Below are positions 1-11,797 of a stretch of DNA of 64,000 nucleotides, one piece after another; the first letter of the stretch is position 1, and every line of letters starts with the position of its first letter. A model generated the notes under the pieces. It was not told the origin of the DNA and did no database searches. It saw only the letters and a list, made by a program, of their open reading frames with translations. The position numbers and the translations under genes were made by a program. The stretch is from assembly GCA_965112155.1 (NCBI GenBank), contig OZ218109.1. One strand, written 5' to 3'. The stretch is from Podarcis liolepis. Its lineage: Eukaryota.

Positions 1-165
1 TGAAATGCATTTCCTGAGAGACTTCCTTCGATGCCCGTTTGGGTCACAAACCTCCACCCCACACCCCACCCCATTGGCAACTTAAGTAAGAAAGACATTG
101 TCTTGCCCAGAAGCTCTTCCTGTTCTGGGTATCTAATTTTGCTTCAATTGCCTCAATCACCAAAC

Positions 166-317
166 CTTGACCAAAGTGCTGTCTTTCCTGGCCACGTAAC
201 TGACTTCTCCCAGTCTTGTGCTTAGTCCAGATCCTATCAGATAACTGCGACGCGGAGGCGGAGGAGGTGGAGACTTCACTGGCTTTTCGGTCTCCTGCTC
301 TGGGTTAGGAGCCTCTT
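166..317 (-). CDS. KIAA1217: KIAA1217 coding exon (152 nt, phase 1 to 0): EAPNPEQETEKPVKSPPPPPPRRSYLIGSGLSTRLGEVSYVARKDSTLVK
   Basis: Acceptor ttttcag|AA, donor AAG|gtttgg. Proline-rich KSPPPPPPRRSY motif (SH3-ligand type). Confidence 0.93.
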
Positions 318-559
318 CTGAAAATTCAAGGTGCAGTGGTTTTAAAAACATGGCCTGCCACCCTAAAGTTAACCAACATGGTAATCCACTTATGTTTGAT
401 AGGAGAGATTTAACGTGCTGCTCAAATTTCCAATTAAGAATATGTTTGATGCTCAGTGTAGAAACCCTCTTGAACAGAACATTGATCAATGGGGCCTGAA
501 AGTGCCAGATCCTTGGTTGCACTGTGCCCAAAATTGCTTTGTAAGGTATTGCTTTATAG

Positions 560-796
560 CAGGCAAGTCCAACATGTAGATCTACTGGTAGATCACTGAA
601 CATCTGTGGTAGATCACTGGCTCCCCCCCAAAGAAATTTTGCTCCCCTAAAAAAGGACCAGAACCCCCCAAAACAGGGCTTTCCTTTAAAAAAACCCTCA
701 ACAACTTAGACCTGAACCCCCCAAATAGGGGGTAGATCACTGCCTATTCTTAACTCTGTGAGTAGATCGCAGCCTCTTGGGGGTTGGCCACCTCTG
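560..796. mobile_element. hAT-like MITE with repeated gtagatc subterminal motifs
   Basis: Ends caggcaagtccaac / gttggccacctctg. Imperfect TSD (ctttatag / cttatag). Confidence 0.65.
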
Positions 797-821
797 CTTA
801 TAGGGCAGAGGCTGCTTATAA

Positions 822-988
822 GGACACAGGAAGGAATGAGTTGGACTATTGGGTCCATCTAGCTCATTATCAACTACACTGGCAGGCAGAGACACTCCAG
901 AGTTCCATGCAGATCCTCTTTCCCAGCCCTACCTGAAGATGCCAGGAGCTTTTCTGCATGCAGGTGCCCTACCACTGAGTTATGCACC
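822..988 (-). mobile_element. tRNA-derived squamate SINE (Squam2-like), diverged
   Basis: Reverse strand ctcagtggtagggcacctgcatgcagaa..caggtagggctggga..gagctagatggaccc; similar to the 22390 copy. Confidence 0.7.
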
Positions 989-1146
989 TTCCACTTATCA
1001 GCAAGTAGGGCCTACATTCCCACCAATATGTTTTCTCTAAGACTTGGAGCTCGGAAGTCAATAGTTACTGTTTGCTTTCTCATTTAAAAGAGAGTCAAGC
1101 TTCGAAGCTCCACCCATCTATCTTATTGGAATGCACTAAGCCTTAC

Positions 1147-1315
1147 CAGAGACGGCTGCGTCAGCTTTCGGCGAGCCTGTGGCTTGTGGAGGCATCTCAA
1201 GGTTTGGGATTGATTTCATGATATTGGCTTGTGCTTCTTCGAGGAGTTTTTCAAATTCTTTTCCATTGTAGTGATCGAGGTTCTGCCTTTTCTCTTCCCA
1301 TTTCTTCTCTGCTTT
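1147..1315 (-). CDS. KIAA1217: KIAA1217 coding exon (169 nt, phase 0 to 1): KAEKKWEEKRQNLDHYNGKEFEKLLEEAQANIMKSIPNLEMPPQATGSPKADAAVS
   Basis: Acceptor ttcttag|AAA, donor G|gtaagg. AEKKWEEKR..EAQANIMKSIPNLE motif. Confidence 0.96.
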
Positions 1316-1606
1316 CTAAGAAGAAACACACACAGAGAGAGGGGAATGTTTTGAAATCAGTTTGGGCTTCACTCTGTATTTAATTTTTTTATTTATAAAC
1401 TTTTAGATGAATCAGATACGCAGAGGTGCTCCGAGTTCTGCCAGCCATCTTTGCAAAAAGACATTTATTAATGTCATGCCAAGTTTGGCACTCGAGAAAC
1501 AGGACTCCTATAGCGTCCAAAAAGACAGCCCAGAGTTCTCCTGCCTCGTTCTTAGATGGCCCATAGCACCCGAAACCCTCCCTGCCATAACATGCACCAC
1601 GTGTAC

Positions 1607-2102
1607 CTCAATTGACAGAGCTCTGTTCCTGGTACTGGCGCTGTGAAGTTCCTCGATAAAAAGGCTTTGCATGGTGGAGCCATTAACTTGGGGCGACTGA
1701 GGTGCCTGCGTTTGCTGGGTGGTCGCTGTCACTGTGGCTGCTGCTGCAGCAGACTCTGGCATGGCAGGCATCAGGTGGCGTGATGCGGATGAACCTGCCA
1801 AGGGGCTGTTGGCCACGGGAGAATTTGGGGCATTGCTGACCAGTGTTGTTGAATGCTGAGACTGATGCATGACCACCGGGGAGCTTTGTGCATGGTGGAC
1901 GGTCATGCTCGAGACAGGGATCACCTCTGACCTGACAGACAGTTCGGCTGAGGGGTCGCCAACCTTTTGCTTTGGGGAAGCGGGGCTCTTTGCAGCGTCG
2001 TCCTGTTTTTTCAGAACTTCTGCCGCCGTTGCTTTCTCCATGGCATTGTACTGGGCGGCCTGTGAGGGATCCACACCTTTCAGCAGCCCGTCGGTAACAT
2101 GC
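1607..2102 (-). CDS. KIAA1217: KIAA1217 coding exon (496 nt, phase 2 to 0): HVTDGLLKGVDPSQAAQYNAMEKATAAEVLK...MQSLFIEELHSASTRNRALSIE
   Basis: Overlaps ORF 1508-2074. Acceptor ttctag|G, donor GAG|gtacac. AMEKATAAEVLK and QSLFIEE motifs. Confidence 0.95.
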
Positions 2103-2405
2103 CTAGAAGAGGAAGACGGTCACACGGTGAAGTATATATATAGCTAGCACTTTCTTGTTTCTCTATTGAAGAAAGGGCTCCCTCTAGTGATTTTCCGTAT
2201 GAAAGTGATACTGCCTTTATAATAGGGGTGGAGAATCTCATGCTTCGGGCTCAAATGCAGCCTTCTGTCTGGCCAGTCCATACCCCTCACTAGTCCAGCC
2301 TTGCACACATTTTTGCCTACCTGAGAAGTGGCCTTGAACTCTGATGATGTCTCGCTTTTCTGGTTAGAGAGCAGCATATTAAGTGTGTGCAGAATCAAAC
2401 CTACA

Positions 2406-2743
2406 GTAAAGGTAAAGGGACCCCTGACTGTTAAGCCAAGTCGCGGACGACTCTGCTCATCTCGCTTTACTGGCCGAGGGAGCCGGCATTTGTCTGCAGA
2501 CAGCTTCCGGGTCATGTGGCCAGCATGACAAGCCGCTTCTGGCGAAACCAGAGCAGCGCACGGAAATGCCGTTTACCTTCCCACCGGAGTGGTACCTATT
2601 ATCTACTTGCACTGCCTGCTTTTGAACTGCTAGGTTGGCAGGAGCAGGGACCGAGCAACGGGAGCTCACCCCGTCGCAGGGATTCGAACCACTGACCTTC
2701 TGATCAGCAAGCCCTAGGCTCTGTGGTTTAGACCACAGCACCA
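2406..2743 (-). mobile_element. Sauria SINE (POM/Squam1-type)
   Basis: tRNA-like head with B box (ggttcgaatccc), body gtgcaagtagataataggtacc, (ACCTTT)n tail. Homologous to four other copies in the window. Confidence 0.9.
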
Positions 2744-3573
2744 AAGGTAAAATTCACATTTGGCACCATGCTCGTTTATATCTCTAGCACAGCTCACTAC
2801 TGGCAGGAAGCTCTCAGAAGTTGTCAAATAAGGAATACAGCCGCCGGACTGAAAAGGGTTTCTCATTGTTGTGTTGACGGGGCATAAAAGCTAAGCATAA
2901 TATATCCCTTCTCACACATGGGAGCTAGCTGTGTGAAAACCAGCAGGGCTGCTTGAGCTGTGGGGCAGGCAGATAATTTTTAGACTCTGGACTTAACTAT
3001 CTTCTAGGGGTAATTCTTCAAATGTGGCAATGCAACACTGCTGTATTTGTTGGGCCCCAGGAGTGAGGTCCTAGACTTCTGCCACAAAGTCCAGTCCTGA
3101 TGGCACCTCCACCACTGAGCACTCTTATCGGTCCACAGGCACCTGTTGTGTAGATTGGTGCCAAACCCTGACATCAGGCCCATCTCACACACCTACAGTG
3201 CAAGAAGCCTAACCATATCTACTCAGAAGTGAGACCTATTGAATTCGATGGGAACTACTAGGGTAAGGAGGACTGGGAGGCTTAGAATCTTCATCTGAAC
3301 TCTTTGGGCTGTAGAACAAAAAGGAAGGAGGAGGATAAGAGAAAACCCCGCCCTTTCCTGATTGACTGATTGATTCACTCACTCACTCACTCACTCACTC
3401 ACACCGTTCCATTCCATTCATGAATCACTTCCTGTGAAACATGAAAACATCAACAATAGAAACATAGGTATATAAACCAATTATATAATTTGTAATGGCA
3501 TCCGGCCAATGACCTGTCCAGAATAATGTAAAAAGAAGAAGAAAGAAATAAACAGAAGAATAAAACATATCAC

Positions 3574-3721
3574 CTCCGGAGGGTGGTGAGGATATCGGTC
3601 ATGCTGCGAACTCTCTTCAGAAGGATGTCTAGTTTATGAGGTTCCTCCTTTAAAAATCTCACAGCTTCCACCTCGATGCGGAGAATGGCCCGCATTTTAT
3701 TCTGCAGTGTTGGAAATTCAC
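3574..3721 (-). CDS. KIAA1217: KIAA1217 coding exon (148 nt, phase 1 to 2): EFPTLQNKMRAILRIEVEAVRFLKEEPHKLDILLKRVRSMTDILTTLR(R)
   Basis: Acceptor ttttgcag|GT, donor AG|gtgata. Highly conserved EVEAVRFLKEEP motif. Confidence 0.96.
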
Positions 3722-3936
3722 CTGCAAAAGCAAGAGTCATACAGCATTTTTAAGACAGAAAGGAAGACCAACATGGGCCTAATTATCACCCCCCCACACA
3801 CACATCCCAAAATAAAAATTGGGGGAGGCGGAGGCGGAGAAAATCTCCAAATGGTCTATATAAGCAGCCCTGAGATCTATGGATGAAGGGTGGTTTTACA
3901 AATTTAACAAATAAAATAATAAAGCAAGGAAGTCAC

Positions 3937-4067
3937 CTTTGAGGGTGGCGACAGCCTCTCCAACCTGCCGTAGAAGAAAAGCCCCATCTTCAACATCTTT
4001 CAGTGTAACAATCCTATTGGCTGTAAGAGATTCCTTCTTCAGATCTTCAACAAAACTTTCCAGCTCA
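3937..4067 (-). CDS. KIAA1217: KIAA1217 coding exon (131 nt, phase 2 to 1): ELESFVEDLKKESLTANRIVTLKDVEDGAFLLRQVGEAVATLK(G)
   Basis: Acceptor ttttccag|T, donor G|gtgact. Conserved VTLKDVEDGAFLLRQVGEAVATLKG. Confidence 0.96.
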
Positions 4068-4170
4068 CTGGAAAAGCGAGAACAAGAATTGAACCCTGAC
4101 TTTGTGGACAGGCAACACTAGGGACAAAATCCATTCTCAGCACCTGGGATACCGTCCTAATTTTTGTATA

Positions 4171-4626
4171 GTGTATTATCCCAAATATAAGCCACACCTG
4201 CAAATAAGCTGCACCTTTAAAATTCAAGGGGGGGGGGGAGAAAAAAAGACAATACCCAAATATAAGCCGCTCCCTTAAAATTGGGTTACAGTTTGAAAAT
4301 TGCTGCATTTGTATAATTGTAACTCCGAGCCAATTTAAGGCTTTGATCTTGCAAGCCTGCAAAAGTTACTGTACAATTGCTAAAATCGCAAATCTCTATA
4401 CAATGGCTACAATTCTGCAGGCACTCACACCCATAAATGGCAAATGAACAATTTCAAGCTCGCAAATCAGCAAGAAAACATTTTTGGGTTCTGTTTCACC
4501 ATATGTCTGTTTCAGCAGTGAAATCTTAAAAGCTAACTTTTGTACTGTCATGAATTTAAGCCGCACTTTAACTTTTCACGGTCGGAATATGGGGGGAAAG
4601 TGTGGCTTATATTCAGGCCAATACGG
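4171..4626. mobile_element. Tc1/mariner-superfamily MITE (TA TSD)
   Basis: TIR gtatt..aatataagccacac / gtgtggcttatattc..aatacgg, flanked by TA on both sides. Internal taagccgc repeats. Confidence 0.7.
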
Positions 4627-5242
4627 TATGTGGCAGCTGTGAAGCTCTTTACATTAATAATGATGGAGCTCATAGGGCTGATGTGAATATACAATTGCAA
4701 ATCTCTGCTAAAGTACATTTTCCAAAAACAATAAATCACATTTCTTTTATTAACATATATGAAACATACCAAATGAGACAGCCCAAAGCCCCCAAAATAT
4801 ATATGGGCTGTTCTTCCTGCTTTATGCTATTTTTGCTTTGTGTTCTGATTAAGTCTTTGACAGTATAAACAATTCCGATAATGAATATATCTATATGATT
4901 TATATTCCACAGTGCAGTTGTAAACAGACATATTTGCTCAGAACTAAGCCCCACTATGCTCAATGGGACTGACTCCAAGGCAGGATTTCAGCCTATCATT
5001 ATTTTCCTCAAGATTCTCCAGCTGTGTGAATAGGCTACAGTGTGTTAAATCTATATTATCACTAAAGCTATAGGGCTGTTAGAGGCAGAAATATGTATTT
5101 TAAACTACTCTTAGACTACATATTAAATGGTCAGAGCAGCCCATTGGCTTTCAGAGCATTGCCTGCTAAAAACGATTTTCTATAATCAACAATTAAAACA
5201 GAAATATTGTAGTAAAATGGCTAAGGCTGCGATCCTGTACAC

Positions 5243-5370
5243 CAGCCTTTGACAACCTGGTGCCTTCTAGATGCCGTTGGACTACAACTCCCATCAGCCC
5301 CAGCCAGCATGAGCAATGGTGAAGGACGATGGCAGCAACATCTGGAGGGGCACCAGGTTGGAAAAGGCTG
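5243..5370. mobile_element. Palindromic hAT-like MITE
   Basis: TIR cagccttt..caacctggtgcc / ggcaccaggttg..aaaggctg. TSD approximately ctgtacac / ctgtcacac. Confidence 0.75.
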
Positions 5371-5603
5371 CTGTCACACTCACCAGGAAACTCACAGGGA
5401 TTAACTTCAGAGGAGGCATGCATAGGATTGTAATGTAAATATTTCCTCTTCACGCAAGTGAACAGAACTGTTATGAGGAACAGGAACAGCATATTTAAGA
5501 AAAGTATGTCAACAGATGACAGATTTGCTCAACACACCTGTCTGGGCTACAGGGAAATTCATTTATCAGCAATCCTAGCTAAAACTAGATGTGAGGATTC
5601 ATA

Positions 5604-5851
5604 TACCTTGGGTTGAATGTGCTTCGGGTTGAGCTCGTTCGAGTTGCGCTCCGCGGCAACCCGGAAGTAACGGAGCACGTTATTTCTGGGTTTCGCCGCT
5701 TGTGCATGCGCAGACGCTCAAAATAACGTCATGCGCAGAAGCGGCGAAAAACGACACACATGTGCGCAGATGTGCCGTCGCTAGTTACGTTTGCTTCTAG
5801 ATGCGAACGGAGCTCCAGAACGGATCCCGTTCGTATCCAGAGATACCACTG
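5604..5851. mobile_element. Tigger/pogo-like MITE, left end truncated
   Basis: Ends gagataccactg. CpG-rich body with ccggaagt. Confidence 0.65.
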
Positions 5852-6145
5852 CATTAGCTAAAAATAAAATAATTTTATTCACATCCATGGAAGCTGCTGC
5901 AGGCAGCTAACTGCTGTAAATAAGATACTCATGTGTCATTTAGCAGTGTAGTGTAGGATTAGGCTCCATGATGCAAGAAACTGCTATGTGCAAAATTTGT
6001 AATCACAAGTAAGGAGAACTTGCAATCTTTCCAGAGTCCCCACTTAAACATGCTGAACGAAACATGACCCCACCCCCCAAAAAACAATGGAAAGTCTTTA
6101 GAAATGTAATATCTGCCCCAGTACTAATTCTAAACTACAGAATTA

Positions 6146-6395
6146 CAGTTGTACCTTGGAAGTCGAACAGAATCCAGTCCGAAAGTCCGTTCGACTTCCA
6201 AAATGTTCGAAAACCAAAGCACGGCTTCTGATTGGCTGCAGGAAGCTCCTGCAGCCAATCGGAAGCCGCTGAAGCCCCATTGGATGTTCAGCTTCCAAAA
6301 ATACTTCACAAACCAGAACACTCACTTCCGGGTGAGCGGTGTTCAGGAGGCAAAATGTTCGAGAACCAAGTTGTTCAAAAACCAATGTACGACTG
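6146..6395. mobile_element. Tigger/pogo-like MITE
   Basis: ta|cagttgtacc..gtacgactg termini. Internal palindrome ctgattggctgcaggaagctcctgcagccaatcgg. Confidence 0.75.
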
Positions 6396-8091
6396 CACAG
6401 GCTAAGAACATCCAGTGAAGAAAATACATCAAATCTGAAAGCAATTTGAATGTTTCAAAAATCTGATTTGTTGCCTTTTTCTCAGTTGAAATGAAGAGGG
6501 TGTGTGTGGGTGTGTGGGTGTGTGGGTGTGTGCGTGCCAGCATCCGCAGAAACCTAGCAGTCGATCTGCCTGGTCACTAGAATCTGGGTAAGAAAAACAC
6601 AACCAACCATGAAAAGGAAACAAGGATCTTTAAAATGTCTGAAAAACAGTCACTAGGGGGCAGCAAGTGAGCAGTACTTGCCAATGTCCCAGGGAAAGAA
6701 GTTCAGTGCAATATATACGCTTCCTTTGCAGGGTAGAACTACACATTACACATGCCAGCTCAATTAATGCCCAACAGCTGTTTATCAGAGAGAAAAAGCA
6801 GCTTTGGGAAAGGAATTTGGAGCAGAGAAGGAGCAGCGCCAGTGTTTCTCCTGCTTCAGCTTCTCTCTGCTGCATTTTCATTCAAAGGGTTGGAAATGAT
6901 CTGAAGGCACCCAAAGCCACCACCTTCCTGAAGATAAGCAGGTCTGGGGCTTGCCAGTGCCTGGATGGGAATCACTGGTATCTCACCTTAGGGTTTCTTT
7001 TATGTAAAAGAGAGACAGACAGACAGACAGACAGACAAGGAATACATCTTTCCAACTCTGCACAAATCTATCTGTGTTGCAACTGTAAGTTGATCAAGCT
7101 GCAAAACTACTTTGGGGATGGGAGAGAAGGAGAGGTTATGCCAGCCCATCTACCAGCTCATGAGCAGCCTGCATAGCCAGCTGTTGCAGCAAATTTCACA
7201 GGACTTTGAGGACTCTCCGAGAGGAATAGGCATGTTGGCCAAGAAAATGATGAGTGATGCTTTGCCACTCAAATAATGTGTGCTTGTATTGCCGCCTAAG
7301 CTGATTTAATCCTATCAGAAGTCAAAGGAGCGTAATCAGCTTAAATACAAGCATTTCGGTTTAATTTCAGTGATTCGTTTGAGATACGCACGAATACAAT
7401 TGCTGCAAGCAAGCTTTTGGTCCACAAGGGGGGTCTCCAAAATGAATTAAAAATGCTTTATATTATTTTAAAGAAAAGATGTACGAGAATTTCACACGCT
7501 GCGGCAGTAAAATACTGTAAAACTAGAACAACCCAGAGCTGAAACCTATAGAAAATGTTTTGACACAGGCACACACAGCACTTCTTGGAGCAAAAATTTA
7601 TGGATGCAGAGGAGTATGTGATAGTTGGAGTAGCCAGTCAAATACAAGAAGCAAAGATGCAGTCACTTAACACTTTTCCATTTGCACTGTTCCTGCCCAA
7701 CTACTATGTTGTCTCATTGTGGGAATCACCAGCTATATTACTATTGCTTAACATATATTTAGTGCCTGTGGTATTTTAGGGTCTCTATAGAACACAGACG
7801 TTCTTGCACAAAAAAGAAGGATGAGGTTAGAGTTGAGAGTGGGAGAAAGAGAAAAGATGCGTAGAGGAAGGTTAAGGCTCAGAAGAGGTGCAACTATGGC
7901 AGCGCAAGAATACTTCACCTTTTAATTTCAAAGCTGGGCAAATGAGTAACACACACGAGAAATTAGATATGTACCAGGACACTTCAAGCAACCAGAGGCC
8001 ATGACCTGTGCTTGCAAGCTAAGAGATCCTTATGCACAGGAACCAATGTAATTGCAAGTGTTGATGATTCTTTTGTGTGGGGTAGTTGTAG

Positions 8092-8214
8092 CTCAGGGTT
8101 CCCAGATGTAGGTGGACTACAACTTCCATCATCCACAGTCAGCTTAGTCAGTGGTCAAGGATGATGGGGGTTGTAGTCCACCAACATCTGGGGACCCGAG
8201 GTTGAAGAACACTG
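8092..8214. mobile_element. Palindromic hAT-like MITE, left end truncated
   Basis: cccagatgt..ggactacaac..catcatcc pairs with ggatgatg..gttgtagtcc..acatctggg. Confidence 0.7.
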
Positions 8215-8834
8215 TATAGCTTAGTAAGATTTTAAAATCATTCGAAATAGCTTAAACTGTCATTAACTGATTCAGATAATGGCAAGACACCTGTGGACTC
8301 CAGAATCACATGCCTTCAAAGAAGCTAGTAGGATCCTGTGCTATCCCTGGAAATGGCAAAAATGACACAATTTCTAAAGCACTAGGATTGAAAGTGTCAG
8401 ACAGAAGCTGATAATAAAATCACCCTTGAAAACAGAGAAGCCATTCTGCAGATGCAGCATTCTGTAAATTGTGAGGAGTAATAAAAACAATTAATTTGCT
8501 AATGAGTAACTAACAAAATGTACACTGAAGAATTATTTGGACAGGGGATTGATTTTTCTGCAGTTTAATCAGCAAGGGTATCCGTCACCTTCACAGAAAG
8601 GTAGTTTAAGCTGATGGCCAAGTCAATAGCAAGAAATCAATTAAAATATATCAAGAAATGTCTTGTTGTAAACTCTTGGGCTGCTGTCCAAAGCTCACTT
8701 AATCAGGGAGTTAGTCCCATTGAAAACCTGTTTAGTTTTGTTGAGATTTTGCTTGTTTTTATTTTATAAACACAAATACAGAACGAATTTGGTGGTTTTG
8801 TTATGTTGCTTAGGCTTGAAGGACTTCTTCATGC

Positions 8835-9110
8835 AGAGTCTAGTTAAGCTATGGAACTCAGTCCCCCTGCAGCAGTGATAGCCCTCAACTCAGATGGCTT
8901 CAAAAGAGGATTAGACAAATTTGTGGAGGAGAGGGATTTCAATAGCTACTAGGCCTTGATGACTACACACTCCCTCCACAAGCTGGAAGCAGTAATGGTT
9001 CTCAATACCAGTGGCTGGAAACTGCAGGATGGAAGAGGGCCGAGGGTTTCTCACCAGCATCAGGACAAAGATGGGTCACTGAGCTCACCCAACAGGCTCT
9101 TCTTATGTTT
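8835..9110 (+). mobile_element. CR1 LINE 3' end, diverged
   Basis: tagttaagctatggaactc..gatggcttcaaaagaggattagacaaatt..ggctcttcttatgtt. Confidence 0.7.
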
Positions 9111-9794
9111 TCTTTCTTTTTCTTTTTTAAAAAGTGCTATTGCAATTGTGCTTCATGTTCACTGTGAGTGGCAACTTGCCCAAGGCTGGACTTCAGAGAT
9201 GAGAATGCATCTTTGCCTCAGGTTTCCCCCACATCTGAACCTGTGCTCTAACCACTACACCTCTCCCCTCCACCCCTGATCCATCTCCTATTAAGGGCTG
9301 CAAATCATGCAGGCTGGTGGTCTGGATGCATCCCACATGTCTAAATCAGTCAAGCCAAAATCAACTGGGAAATCGCTTGAGAGCTACACACATTGGACAA
9401 GAGCCCATGCATGTGAAAGTATTTTTTACTTGAGCATTAAATATAAACCCTGATCCTAACCCTTGGGAAATCTGTATGGCTGTAGGCCATGGCAATGTGT
9501 GGTATTCAGTCCCAAGGAACTGTGAGTAAGACTTCAGCCTGAAAGAGTTAAAAATACATGTTTGATTCTTATATATTTTGTGTATATAGAATAACTCCAT
9601 TCATCTCTCTGTCCAATACATTTTGTTTAAGAAAACTGTCCTAAAATGTTATCAAATGTTAATTGCACATGTTTAAGAATGGGTTTTATTGGGGGTTTTT
9701 TTTAAAAAGATTTTTTTTGTATTTTACCTTATTTTTATATTGTTCTTATACAGAGGCAGAAAACAGCTATTGGAATTAGTATTGGAATTGGGAA

Positions 9795-10110
9795 GCCTAG
9801 GACTTGCCGATCAGAAGGTCGGCGCTTTGAATCCCCACGACGGGGTGAGCTCCCACAGTCCCTGCTCCTGCCAACCTAGCAGTTCGAAAGCACGCTAAAG
9901 TGCAAGTAGATAAATAGGTACCGCTCCTGTGGGAAGGTAAACGGCATTTCCGTGCGCTGCCTAGGTTCGCCAGAAGCGGCTTAGTCATGCTGGCCACAGG
10001 ACCCGGAAGCTGTACGCTGGCTCCCTCGGCCAATAAAGCAAGATGAGCACCGCAACCCCAGAGTCGGCCACAGCTAGACCTAATGGTCAGGGGTCCCTTT
10101 ACCTTTACCT
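9795..10110 (+). mobile_element. Sauria SINE, 5'-truncated
   Basis: Same body sequence; tail ccctttacctttacc. Confidence 0.9.
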
Positions 10111-10410
10111 GTTTAACTATTGGTCGCCTTGTCCTCCATGAATTTGTCCAATCTCTTTTTGAAGACATCTAAGTTGGTGGCCACCATTAACAAGGTGCTG
10201 CATCTCTTTTACATTCCTGTATCCTTCCAACATTCTACTTCACTGCATGTCCAAGAATTCTAGGGCTGCGAGGGAGAAAAACTTTCCTCCACCCACTTTA
10301 TTAGTGCTGTGCATAGGCTTATAAACTTCCATCATGTCACCTCCTACTCGGCTTTTCTCTGAACTAAAAAGTCCCAAGTGCTGAAACCTTTCCTCATAAG
10401 GGAGTAGCTC
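10111..10410 (-). mobile_element. CR1 LINE fragment(s)
   Basis: gtcctccatgaatttgtccaatctctttt..; reverse ORF LPYEERFQHLGLFSSEK..GDMMEVYK is typical CR1 ORF2. Confidence 0.75.
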
Positions 10411-10487
10411 TGGATGGCATTTCACATGCATCTTCTCTGAACAGCCCCACTTCAAAAGACAAGGAGGGACAAGTCCCTTTCACCTAC

Positions 10488-10663
10488 CATAAGCTCTTCA
10501 CAATTTTCTCCTCTTCGTGTAGGTATTTCTGCCTTTCTTGCTCCACCAGGTGGCGCTGCCGCTGCACAGGATCTTCCAGCCTCTTTGCTCTTTCCATCAC
10601 CTTGCCGTTGATTTCCAGCTCCGCTTTCTTCACCATGGCCCTTAGCGCCTCCTGGTTGTGCAG
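10488..10663 (-). CDS. KIAA1217: KIAA1217 coding exon (176 nt, phase 0 to 2): LHNQEALRAMVKKAELEINGKVMERAKRLEDPVQRQRHLVEQERQKYLHEEEKIVKSL(C)
   Basis: Acceptor aacag|CTG, donor TG|gtaggt. EDPVQRQR..EQERQKYL coiled-coil motif. The ORF track shows a different frame here. Confidence 0.95.
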
Positions 10664-11445
10664 CTGTTACACAAAAGAAATCAACTTCAATTTTCCCTGC
10701 CTGACTAACATCCCTAGGATCTGAATACATCATATTGCTCAGAAGTTGGGTTTGGATAAAGAATCCTGCAGCTGAATGCACTTTTCTCCCCTCTCCGTTT
10801 TTTAAAAGAAAACAATAAAATCTTCTCTCTCCAATTTCACACACAAATAAATGTTATTTCAAGGAGAAGGCAGAAGCTGAAGGGGTGGGGGGAAGTACAA
10901 ACTGTTGGCTTATGCGCCATGCACCTGACTTCGTGTTCAGTTCCATCAGAACTTCAGCACGATTTCACATGCCTTTAATGTGGGCTCTTTAATGTGGCAG
11001 TGTCTGGCACAACTACAAACCACCAGAAGCGATTCCACTGCCCTTTGCAATCCAGCAACACTGAGCAGCTGCTCTTCCAGAAGACGGCATAAACAGATCG
11101 TTCTGTTCTAGTGACTCTTCTTCTCAAATGGTTTCATCACAACACGGAAAAGTGCATGACAAAATCCGGCTGTTGCCTTTCAATTCAAAACTCCTTAGAT
11201 AGGGAGAAAGGTTGGAGGTTGGGGCAGGTTGGGAAGAAAACAGAGAGAAGTTGGCAGGAGCAATGTCATCTCCGCCTGCCGCCACTGCAGCATCAAGCCA
11301 GCCTGCTGGAACACCCACCTAGCCCAGCCAATGGTGCCGTAAGGGGTAGGAATTTAGGGCTGATATACAAGGCCCTCTCAGCAGAATGTGGAGGGGGAGG
11401 TCCAAACACAACAGCGCTGGTTTAACCCAAGGTAAAGTAAGTAGT

Positions 11446-11797
11446 GGGGACATGGGTGGCGTTGTGGGTTAAACCACAGAGCCTAGGACTTGCTGATCAG
11501 AAAGTCAGCGGTTCGAATCCCCACGACAGGGTGATCTCCCATTGCTCGGTCCCTGCTCCTGCCAACCTAGCAGTTCAAAAGCACATCAAAGTGCAAGTAG
11601 ATAAATAGGTACCACTCTGGCGGGAAGGTAAATGGTGTTTCCGTGTGCTGCTCTGGTTTGCCAGAAGTGGCTTAGTCATGCTGACCACATGACCCAGAAG
11701 CTGTATGCCGGCTCCCTCAGCCAATAAAGCGAGATGAGTGCCACAACCCCAGAGTCGGCTACGACTGGACCTAATGGTCAGGGGCCTATTTACCTTT
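11446..11797 (+). mobile_element. Sauria SINE, full length, 13-bp TSD
   Basis: TSD taaagtaagtagt at 11433-11445 and 11798-11810. A/B boxes present. Confidence 0.93.

Noticed and set aside
6667-7176. 169-aa plus-strand ORF
   Set aside because: Non-ATG start, crosses a (GACA)n microsatellite, no motif.
8092-8214. pre-miRNA-like hairpin
   Set aside because: Explained by a palindromic MITE family with several relatives in the window.
8588-8612. Possible tiny exon ending AAG|gtgacg
   Set aside because: No pyrimidine tract at the acceptor, and the length would shift the frame.
10452-10844. 130-aa ORF from the track taken as the gene product
   Set aside because: Alternative frame over the true exon 10488-10663.
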